Shown here: positions 25,128 to 32,459 of the stretch, piece after piece
How the letters are laid out: each line of letters starts with the position of its first letter
How positions within the stretch are numbered: position 1 is the first letter of the stretch
Origin: a virus
Virus record (IMG/VR): IMGVR_UViG_3300048599_000816
Location: 1 to 32,544 of that record
DNA: 32,544 nucleotides
Reading direction: 5' to 3' (one strand)
The notes under the pieces: generated by a model
The model's database searches: none
What the model saw: only the letters and a program-made list of their open reading frames with translations
What the model was told of the DNA's origin: nothing
Made by a program: the position numbers and the translations under genes

Positions 25128-27302
25128 TTATATCAGTTTTTTATTAGCTATAAGGTCAGTTTCCATGAGTTCAATGTACTTTGCCATTGCAGTAACTGTA
25201 CTTGAATTAGACATTTCATAATTGTTTGCTATACTGAGAAGAGGAAACATCTTGTAAAGTTCTTTGATGTCAGCATTCAAATTTGAAAGTTGACTTACAC
25301 CAGAGTATTTGTCAATGAGGTTTGAAGGTAAAGAAACTGGTGCTGCAGGAACTGAATTCAAGACGTTTACCATGTCGCTGAATTTTTTTGATTTGAAAGG
25401 AATGTTCAAGAGCCATTTTCTTTCGCTCAAAATGCTGTGTATCTTTGCACCATCAATCATCTTTGTTATAATTGCTGGAGTCAATGCATCCAGTTTATCT
25501 TTGATGCTTCCGAAAAAGTTCACAAGTTTCGCACCACGATTTTTGTTTGCATAGATAATTCTAAAGTCTGGGAGTAAACCAGCTTTTACTGCATAACGAT
25601 ACATATTCATTTCTTCTGTGTTAGTATCAGGAAGAACGAGAATGTCATCAACAAAGCAAACTGCTGTATTTTCAGGTTTAAGTGGCGAACCACTTTCTGT
25701 TGTAACTTGAGTGTCAGTTACTTTAACATATACGTACGAACCAGGTCTTGATTGACCAGAACGTTTTGTATACTGTTGATCACTGATTGTCTGTACATAG
25801 ACTTTCAAAGTGTCAGTTGGTCGTGTAAAAGGAACTTTGGGTGTTGCACCAGATGCATCTTTCACGATTTTCATTTTATCAACTGACGAATAAAGCGAAT
25901 ATGCAATCCCAAGTTTTCCAAGCAATTCAACATCATGTAAGTATCTTCTCATTGATTTTGCAAGACCACGTTTCTCTTTGTAAGCGAGTTCACTGTATCT
26001 TAAGAACTTCGGGTCTGTAGGACGTATTGCAATGTATTCTTCATGTTTTGAAAAGATTGTTGCATCTTTCAAAGGAATGTATGATGATGTTTGATCGAAC
26101 AAGAATATAGGAGTTGTTGTAAGTTTTTTACTAACATCTGTTGTTCTTGTTCTTGAAACTTTACCACGATCAATCTCAACATTGAAGAATTGAAGTGTTT
26201 GAAAATGTTCGTCAAGTCTCAATTTCAATGACCGTTCATCAAACTTTGAAATTGTACTAAAGAAAGGATCATTGGAAGTTAGTTGCTGTTTGATGATTTT
26301 GAACCAGATATTTGAATCACGGTAATGATTGAAGATAGCAGCATCGATCCATGACTGGTTTTGTTTGTAAAGTGCTTCATAATTCGATTTGCAAAGATTA
26401 ACAAGTTCAACGAAACGTTTGTTGATTGCAGTTTTGGTTTTGTCATCGTACTGGAGAGTTTCTCTGTTTGCAGAAATTGTAAGTTCTCCAACGTTGAACT
26501 TGAAAATGATTAAAAAATCACTAACATAGTAATTTGCAAAGTTCATTGCACTCGTACTAATAGGATAGTAAATACCATCAAGCAAAAGTCCATAACCTGA
26601 GTTGAGAAGATCCTGTTCAATGATTAAGAAGTTTTCATCATCAAGAACTGGTTTAAGAACGATAGTATCGAACTTACGAGAGAAGTTTTTGTAGATGGGT
26701 CTCATTGGCCAGAAAGCAGTAGCTTTATAAACTTCACGTTCAAATTCTCTACGATCCTGTTCTTTGATCGGTATGATGATTGTTGTACCAGAATTCTCTG
26801 TTGATTCAGCAGAATCAATGCAGTAGATTTTTCCTTTACGACCCTCTTCGATTGCAGCAACATAAGTATATTTGATTCCTGCAACGATTGTTTCGATTGT
26901 GAAGTTGTCAGCATAACTGAAAGGTGTTTTTGCACCAAGACCAAAACCACCAGTGTAAGTGTCAGATTCACGTTTTGTGCTTGAGCCGTAGTTAACGAAA
27001 ACGTCAGCCATACGTTCTGGTGAGATACCAGGGCCAAAGTCCTTGAAAGAGATTGTCATGTCACTGGCAGACAAAGCAGAATGATTGATTGCGATCTCGA
27101 TAGGTACGTTGTTTTCTGATTCGCGGTTTGCATCCCTTGAATTTGATGCGATCTCTCTGCAAATTGCACCAATTGGATTTGAGTAAAGTTTAGAACGAAG
27201 TATTTCCAAAACCAGACCCATATCAGCATCTTTGATACCGAAACTGAATTCTTTAAAACTTTGGGATGTTGAAACTGTTGTTGGTTTGTTTTCAATAATC
27301 AT
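25128..27302 (-). CDS. GHKL-superfamily ATPase (Hsp90/histidine-kinase/MutL-like ATP-binding fold), 724 aa
   Basis: N-box EIASNSRDA, G1 DFGPGIS, G2 TGGFGLGAKTPF in the N-terminal ~130 aa; no Toprim EGDSA motif seen; AAGGAGAGAGAAAATG RBS; motif near 27351. Confidence 0.85.
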   Translation of the reverse strand: MIIENKPTTVSTSQSFKEFSFGIKDADMGLVLEILRSKLYSNPIGAICREIASNSRDANRESENNVPIEIAINHSALSASDMTISFKDFGPGISPERMADVFVNYGSSTKRESDTYTGGFGLGAKTPFSYADNFTIETIVAGIKYTYVAAIEEGRKGKIYCIDSAESTENSGTTIIIPIKEQDRREFEREVYKATAFWPMRPIYKNFSRKFDTIVLKPVLDDENFLIIEQDLLNSGYGLLLDGIYYPISTSAMNFANYYVSDFLIIFKFNVGELTISANRETLQYDDKTKTAINKRFVELVNLCKSNYEALYKQNQSWIDAAIFNHYRDSNIWFKIIKQQLTSNDPFFSTISKFDERSLKLRLDEHFQTLQFFNVEIDRGKVSRTRTTDVSKKLTTTPIFLFDQTSSYIPLKDATIFSKHEEYIAIRPTDPKFLRYSELAYKEKRGLAKSMRRYLHDVELLGKLGIAYSLYSSVDKMKIVKDASGATPKVPFTRPTDTLKVYVQTISDQQYTKRSGQSRPGSYVYVKVTDTQVTTESGSPLKPENTAVCFVDDILVLPDTNTEEMNMYRYAVKAGLLPDFRIIYANKNRGAKLVNFFGSIKDKLDALTPAIITKMIDGAKIHSILSERKWLLNIPFKSKKFSDMVNVLNSVPAAPVSLPSNLIDKYSGVSQLSNLNADIKELYKMFPLLSIANNYEMSNSSTVTAMAKYIELMETDLIANKKLI

Positions 27303-27374
27303 TTTCTCTCTCCTTATTAGTTAGTGTTCCTTTTCCTTACACTAACTATATCGCGAGTTATCGCGGTTTTGCCA

Positions 27375-27551
27375 TTATATTGTATCTACTTTTAGAGGCA
27401 TTATATCAATTTCAATTTCATCAAGATCAACAATTGAGTCACATTCATCCCATGAAAGAGGCCCCTTAGGAAGTTGATCTCTTTCCTGAGCTTCTTCGAC
27501 TAAAGACAAGAAAAAACTTTTGTTGCAAAAATCAGATGCACGAACTTTCAT
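27375..27551 (-). CDS. possible 58-aa acidic protein (MKVRASDFCNKSFFLSLVEEAQERDQLPKGPLSWDECDSIVDLDEIEIDIMPLKVDTI)
   Basis: GAGGCACTATG SD; hand translation; its ATG overlaps TGA of a possible upstream 44-aa basic ORF. Confidence 0.4.
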   Translation of the reverse strand: MKVRASDFCNKSFFLSLVEEAQERDQLPKGPLSWDECDSIVDLDEIEIDIMPLKVDTI

Positions 27552-27795
27552 AGTGCCTCATTTCTTCTTTTAGTTGCTTTCTTTTCACGATACTTTTTTA
27601 TGTTACGTTTATCACCTGCATCCAAAGTGTAACCTTGGGGCAAACTAGAAAGCGATTTTGGAACATTTTTTAATTTCATAATATTTTTATATCGTGATAA
27701 ATCCGATCATTGCCATTCTTTTATTTTTATACTAAAACAGAAAGAGCTCTCGGCATTTTTACCAAGAGCTCTTCTTTATCAAGGAGAGAGAGTTT

Positions 27796-28161
27796 TCAAG
27801 ATTGAGGTTTGTCAGGTTTTGTCGCTTTTTGCATGTCCATAAACATTGCCAAAGGGAAAAGCAAAAGTTTGATAGAAACAATTGCTCCAATATAAAGTCC
27901 TGTTATTACAATGACACCAATAGCATTTTCGAAAGTTCCTGATGAATATGCTGTTGGTTGTTTCCAAAAGTTATCAAAAAGCGAAACACCATTGATTACA
28001 ACTGGACGAGTACTAATAATAAAAAACAAAGGCAAGATAGAAAATATCAGAATTCTTTTGACTGTCTTGAGAAAGGGAAGAGCATTGCAAATCAATTTCT
28101 CAATTAGACCAAAAATAAAGATGAACACAATCACAAAAAAACTAACCAATATTAACGCCAT
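27796..28161 (-). CDS. small integral membrane protein, 121 aa, 3-4 predicted TM segments (holin-like size, unassigned)
   Basis: Hydrophobic stretches in translation; ATCAAGGAGGTTTTTATG strong RBS; motif near 28186. Confidence 0.8.
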   Translation of the reverse strand: MALILVSFFVIVFIFIFGLIEKLICNALPFLKTVKRILIFSILPLFFIISTRPVVINGVSLFDNFWKQPTAYSSGTFENAIGVIVITGLYIGAIVSIKLLLFPLAMFMDMQKATKPDKPQS

Positions 28162-28234
28162 AAAAACCTCCTTGATAATTTCGATATCGAGAGATAGTAG
28201 AGAACTGCCAGGAGCATTTTAGCTCCTGTGAGGA

Positions 28235-29044
28235 CTATATCGAGAGATTAGTTGTTTCAGCCACCTTTTTTTGTCTTCTTTTTTGTTGTGCTATTCTCAT
28301 GTTTTTGATTTGCTCTGGCGTTCTTTTTTGACCATAAACATTGCTTAAAATCCCTTTTCTTCCATAACTTGAATTGTTTTTGCCAGATCTTTCTTTGCTA
28401 TACAAATCTTTTAATTGTTTTGCTTTTTCTTCTCCATAAAACTCTTCATAAGTCTTTCCTTTTCTTGAAGATTCTCTTCCTGTTATATCACCAAAATTGC
28501 GATTACCTAACATTGCTTGACTATGTTGTTTTCGAAGTTTGTCACCTTTTTCTTTCCCGTAGATTTGTTCGTAAGTCTTGTTTTTACGTTTTTCACTGAT
28601 TAACTTTTTTGTAGATTCTAAGACAATCTTTCCTTTTTGTGACAAACTCATTTTTTGCTTTGTTTTTTCAGAATGTTTCCTACCAGAGAAAGTATCTCCT
28701 CCATCACCCCCAGGTGTCAAATTTGTTAAAGGTCCTACAAGTCCATTTTGTACTTTTCTTCGGCCTATGTTCTTTATCAAGTCTATTTCTAGATCATTTG
28801 CTTCTTTAAGGAAAAGATTTTCTTTTACTTTGATAATTATTGGTGTTAAACCTAAACTTACAATCTTTTGAATTTTCTTTGATTTCATAGTTCCATCAAG
28901 ATAAACCAAATGATCTAAGAATCTTTTGTTTCTTCCTCTTCCAACATAAAAAGGCTCGTAATCAAATTCATACTTGTCATACTTGTATTTTTTGTTTTTT
29001 CTTGGATCAAAGTAGATGTATACATAAAAGTTGTTCTTTAACAC
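28235..29044 (-). CDS. GIY-YIG homing endonuclease with three NUMOD3-like repeats (GRKHSEKTKQKMS.. / GRESSRKGKTYEEF.. / GKNNSSYGRKG..), GTG start
   Basis: N-terminal VYIYFD...PFYVGRGRNKRFLDH matches GIY-(10-11)-YIG + R + H pattern (established family signature); RBS AAGGAGA buried in a perfect hairpin; stop codon is the TAG of a motif copy. Confidence 0.8.
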   Translation of the reverse strand: MLKNNFYVYIYFDPRKNKKYKYDKYEFDYEPFYVGRGRNKRFLDHLVYLDGTMKSKKIQKIVSLGLTPIIIKVKENLFLKEANDLEIDLIKNIGRRKVQNGLVGPLTNLTPGGDGGDTFSGRKHSEKTKQKMSLSQKGKIVLESTKKLISEKRKNKTYEQIYGKEKGDKLRKQHSQAMLGNRNFGDITGRESSRKGKTYEEFYGEEKAKQLKDLYSKERSGKNNSSYGRKGILSNVYGQKRTPEQIKNMRIAQQKRRQKKVAETTNLSI

Positions 29045-29045
29045 A

Positions 29046-29068
29046 AAAATCTCCTTGAAGGAGATTTA
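29046..29068 (-). promoter_or_regulatory. perfect hairpin AAATCTCCTT-CA-AGGAGATTT sequestering the homing-endonuclease SD, followed by TTTTTGTGTT (also terminator-like for upstream gene)
   Basis: Seen in sequence; 3' arm contains AAGGAGA 5 nt before GTG start. Confidence 0.6.
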
Positions 29069-29093
29069 TATCTTACAAAGATTTTCTTATCAA

Positions 29094-29969
29094 TTATTTT
29101 GCTATTTCAATGATTGCATTCCATGCATTTTCTTTTAAATAAGAAGCACCAAGAACTGAATTTGCAAGCCTTGTTTCTGCATCAGCAGAACGGTAATGAT
29201 CAATCCATTCGACGTAACCATTGTACAAGTCGTAAGCAGTTCCCTTACCAGTGCCCATACCTGCTTCATAGCATTCTTTAACTTTGTTGATAAGATTTTC
29301 CTGCCGTGTCCCGCCTTTTTCACTGAAGCATTCTTTTATGAAAGCATCAACCATCTGAGCATCAAGTACCTTCTGTGCAAGAATTCTGCATTGATCTTCG
29401 AACTTCTTAAAGTATTCCATACCAGCAGCCAGAATTCTGAGAGCTTCACCTGCTTTGATTTCACCATTTTTTGTATGGTGAACTTTGCATTTGTTATCTT
29501 TTGCCCAGCCCCATAAGCCATTTTTGCAAATTTGACGCCATGTAGTGAACTGTGCAGTAAAGGGATATGAACCATCGAAAGTATTAACAAGTTGGATTTT
29601 ACGAAAGACTTCATCGCCTTTTCTGATTTCAATTGCTCCATTGACTGTAGCTTCAAGGATAACTTTCCGACCACCATCAATGACATAAGCACCTGTGTAT
29701 CGTGCATTGTGCTGTGCACATACTGTGTCAAACCAACTGTAAGCAAATGAAGGTTGAAGTGGTGTATAACGATCACCTACAACACCGACGATTGCATGAT
29801 TATCAGAACGAACTACAGCCTTCTGATCAGGGATAATGATACCACCAGGAATTGATCCTGTTGATTTTGTTGTCATGTCAACGAGTTCAGCAGTCCAATT
29901 TGACTGTGATTTGTCGAGCGCTTCTTCAGCTGTTTTAACTCCACCCAAATCGTAATAAATTGCTTTCAT
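29094..29969 (-). CDS. DUF932-like (plasmid/phage-associated) protein, 291 aa; assignment tentative
   Basis: Overall length and pattern recollection only; AAGGAGTTGAGATG RBS; motif near 30012. Confidence 0.6.
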   Translation of the reverse strand: MKAIYYDLGGVKTAEEALDKSQSNWTAELVDMTTKSTGSIPGGIIIPDQKAVVRSDNHAIVGVVGDRYTPLQPSFAYSWFDTVCAQHNARYTGAYVIDGGRKVILEATVNGAIEIRKGDEVFRKIQLVNTFDGSYPFTAQFTTWRQICKNGLWGWAKDNKCKVHHTKNGEIKAGEALRILAAGMEYFKKFEDQCRILAQKVLDAQMVDAFIKECFSEKGGTRQENLINKVKECYEAGMGTGKGTAYDLYNGYVEWIDHYRSADAETRLANSVLGASYLKENAWNAIIEIAK

Positions 29970-30042
29970 CTCAACTCCTTAGAAAGGTTGTATTGTTTTG
30001 ATATGAACAATATCGTGAGATTCTCGTTATACAGCCAAATAA

Positions 30043-30393
30043 TCACAAACATTTGCAGAAAAAACGCTCACCGAACTCATTGACAAAATAAACATTTTCT
30101 TCTCCACGATTAGTTTCTGAAATTGCTCCTATTCTCAGACGAGCTTCCATTTCCTTAATACTTAGTTCTGTACATTTTTCGCTTTCTTCTAATCTATATT
30201 CGATAAGCTGTTTCTCAATCAATCTTTTCGGCAAGATTTCATCCTTAATATGCTTTGCTGCATTATTCTCAAGAAATGTAATATCTGTATTGATATCAGA
30301 TTGCATTTTCAAAAGCGTTTCTTTATTTGCATTACAAACAAAGTTAAATATCGCTTCTCCTATTATTAGCTTTGACTTATCAATATTGAACAT
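30043..30393 (-). CDS. hypothetical 116-aa protein
   Basis: ORF track; TTAGGAGTGTAGAGATG RBS; motif 30436-30466. Confidence 0.75.
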   Translation of the reverse strand: MFNIDKSKLIIGEAIFNFVCNANKETLLKMQSDINTDITFLENNAAKHIKDEILPKRLIEKQLIEYRLEESEKCTELSIKEMEARLRIGAISETNRGEENVYFVNEFGERFFCKCL

Positions 30394-30472
30394 CTCTACA
30401 CTCCTAACTTATGTTACACATTGTTTTAACAATAAGCTATATCGTGAGAAGATTGTTGGGTGCCAAACTTAT

Positions 30473-30961
30473 TTATGATTGTGAAGCAACAGCTTCAAGA
30501 AGTCCAATTGGGTTTTTTGCTTTTAAGATTGATTCAACACTTACACGTAAATGTCTAGCAACTTGATGAACTGTACCGCCTTGCCAGCCAAGTAAGTAAC
30601 AAAGTCTCTCTGTATTAGTCAGTTCGGGCCGTTTAAGCCTTTCAATGTTTGATTTAGGTAGTTCATTTGGTAATTTCACGAAGGGTGTATGATACCACTC
30701 AAAATCACACGAGTGATTTTCGCAAAGTACTCTGCCTGTTTCATAATGCTTTACTGCACTATTGCATATAGGACAAACTTTTGGAGGCTCTCTCAAGCCT
30801 ACACCAAAGTTTTTATAAGCAGCTTTGCGAAGTTCTTTTATTGTTAGAGGAATCAGCCCATCTCTTTTGCAAAGAGAAACATAGTTCTCATAGTTACCAG
30901 GAGATTGAACATATTCGATGCTTGCTTCTACAGAACGATCAATTTCTTCTCTAGAACTCAT
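30473..30961 (-). CDS. putative transcription regulator: Zn-ribbon (CPICNSAVKHYETGRVLCENHSC) plus C-terminal sigma70-r4/LuxR-like HTH (TNTERLCYLLGWQGGTVHQVARHLRVSVESI)
   Basis: Motifs seen in translation; TAGGAGAGATCTATG RBS. Confidence 0.75.
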   Translation of the reverse strand: MSSREEIDRSVEASIEYVQSPGNYENYVSLCKRDGLIPLTIKELRKAAYKNFGVGLREPPKVCPICNSAVKHYETGRVLCENHSCDFEWYHTPFVKLPNELPKSNIERLKRPELTNTERLCYLLGWQGGTVHQVARHLRVSVESILKAKNPIGLLEAVASQS

Positions 30962-30970
30962 AGATCTCTC

Positions 30971-31138
30971 CTATGCAAAATACTTCATTTGAATACCAGC
31001 TTCAAAAATCATTGGTGTGTAACAATTGATTTGTACAGGTTTGTTATCTGTAATTTTAGCGTCAAACTTGTAGCATTTACTGTATTCACACCATAAACAA
31101 AAACGACATTCTTCTATTTTTTCTTTTTGTTGTACCAT
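30971..31138 (-). CDS. possible 55-aa Cys-rich protein (MVQQKEKIEECRFCLWCEYSKCYKFDAKITDNKPVQINCYTPMIF..)
   Basis: ATG immediately after upstream stop (TAAATG); stop followed by RBS of next gene; hand translation. Confidence 0.45.
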   Translation of the reverse strand: MVQQKEKIEECRFCLWCEYSKCYKFDAKITDNKPVQINCYTPMIFEAGIQMKYFA

Positions 31139-32062
31139 TTATCGTCCATTATGTCTTTTAAAAGTTTTGTTTGTTCGTAAGTAAGTCAAATACTCCTGAG
31201 CATTTTCAAGAGGAAGTGAATGTGTACCTTGATAACTGATGTATCTAATTTCAACTTTGTTGCGTTTCGAAGTTGCATTTGAACCAAACAATTGAGAAGT
31301 TTCTTTTCCTCTATCTGGATCTGAAGCTTCAGCTATTTTAAGCCAATTATTTATTTCATCAGCAACTTCCATTGCTGTCATATCTTTTACTTCTTTCGTT
31401 TCTCGTCCTTTTTTAACATAACCTGTAACTACAGGCTTTGCTTCTGCCGTTTTATCTTCAAGCAAATTGTTTTCACTTACAGGTAGTAATTTTTGAAGTA
31501 ATGAAGAATCAGCAGTAATGCCATGTTGACTTTGAAGAAAGACACCAAGTTGACAAGCAGCTTGAGTTTGCATCGATCCAAGTTCTTCTTCAGCTTGCTG
31601 AACTACAAAATCGTCGTTACTTGCAAAATGCGATTTGATTGTGTCAGATTGTGCAAGAAGTTCTTGCAACTTCTTTTTCCCAGCATTTCCTGATTGAAGA
31701 GCTTCATAAATGTCTTTATGAAGATCAGCAATACGGTCAGCAAGTTCTTTACGGCTTTCACCTAAACGTTCTTTCATTCTTCTATGAACTGTTTTAGGTT
31801 TTTCAACAGTTTCTGTTGTTAATTGACCATCAATACCTCGGTAACGTTCAAGCGTACAGGGAACTTCGCCATTGTACATAAGAGCACGTGTCATCTGTTC
31901 GAAAGTCAGAGCGACTCTTGCGACAATCTTATCATCAGGGTCTTTAAGAGTAAGGGATACAAAATGATGTTGAGGTACCATTGCACCATTCAACCATTGA
32001 CCACTTGATGAACACATTGTCATGCAAATTGAACTTGTATTTTTTTCTTCATCATGTCTCAT
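31139..32062 (-). CDS. hypothetical 307-aa protein
   Basis: ORF track; TTAAGGAGAGAAATATG RBS. Confidence 0.8.
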   Translation of the reverse strand: MRHDEEKNTSSICMTMCSSSGQWLNGAMVPQHHFVSLTLKDPDDKIVARVALTFEQMTRALMYNGEVPCTLERYRGIDGQLTTETVEKPKTVHRRMKERLGESRKELADRIADLHKDIYEALQSGNAGKKKLQELLAQSDTIKSHFASNDDFVVQQAEEELGSMQTQAACQLGVFLQSQHGITADSSLLQKLLPVSENNLLEDKTAEAKPVVTGYVKKGRETKEVKDMTAMEVADEINNWLKIAEASDPDRGKETSQLFGSNATSKRNKVEIRYISYQGTHSLPLENAQEYLTYLRTNKTFKRHNGR

Positions 32063-32083
32063 ATTTCTCTCCTTAAAAGATTT

Positions 32084-32446
32084 TCAGTCTAAGACGCCAA
32101 AACTTCTTGCATAAGCATTTACAGAATCAGATTGAAGTGCTGTCATTGAAATCGTTATTGTAGTTTCATTATAGATTCGAGCACTGAGTTTGTCAATGTG
32201 TGTTTTACAGAATTCATGAAAAGCAGCAACAACAGTTTTACTGCGGAATTGATAAGTTTTTTGCACTCTTTCGCTTGCTTCACATCTATAACCGAACTCC
32301 ATAGCTATAGAAGTAGCTTGTTCGATTTCTTCTTCTGTTGCTTCAACTTCAACTTTGTTGGGAGCAATGAAAGTTGCTGTTAGATCGAGAGCATTGTGAA
32401 AAGCTTGCGCATTAGGTTGATTAAAAAAATCGTATGTTTTTTTCAT
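32084..32446 (-). CDS. hypothetical 120-aa protein (starts MKKTYDFFNQ)
   Basis: Internal ATG (M15 of track ORF) 13 nt after the stop of the upstream partial gene, AAGAGAGAGAACGCTATG. Confidence 0.65.
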   Translation of the reverse strand: MKKTYDFFNQPNAQAFHNALDLTATFIAPNKVEVEATEEEIEQATSIAMEFGYRCEASERVQKTYQFRSKTVVAAFHEFCKTHIDKLSARIYNETTITISMTALQSDSVNAYARSFGVLD

Positions 32447-32459
32447 AGCGTTCTCTCTC

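Noticed and set aside
2445-29516. Plus-strand track ORFs antisense to minus-strand genes (e.g. 2445..2633, 3033..3284, 3806..4000, 5002..5202, 6202..6540, 7377..7623, 9574..9885, 14017..14340, 16118..16351, 19184..19396, 23685..24080, 24235..24603, 25309..25554, 27911..28222, 28369..28871, 29196..29516). Also nested minus-frame ORFs inside larger genes (9141..9341, 14130..14327, 20068..20259, 21528..21713, 23633..23878, 24323..24511, 26279..26491, 26702..27037, 27056..27295, 29135..29323, 29336..29776)
   Set aside because: All lack an RBS and the motif, overlap better-supported genes, and have low-complexity translations.
2300-30470. Plus-strand reading of the motif (AACTATATCGAGAGAAAG) resembles T7/SP6-class single-subunit RNAP promoters (ACTATAGGGAGA)
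   Set aside because: In that orientation transcription would run antisense to every adjacent gene. The motif's orientation tracks the gene strand instead, including the plus-strand copy before 311..595. No single-subunit RNAP gene is visible in the window.
2300-30470. Sigma54 promoter (TGGCAC-N5-TTGCW) interpretation of the TGGCA element
   Set aside because: The GC dinucleotide required at -12, 10 nt after GG, is present in only a minority of copies. The conserved downstream element is 17 nt away, not 5.
2300-30470. CRISPR array (regular repeats with unique intervening sequence)
   Set aside because: The intervening units are 200-2000 bp protein-coding genes of variable length, each with its RBS. 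The repeat is oriented and includes an SD, and no cas genes are present.
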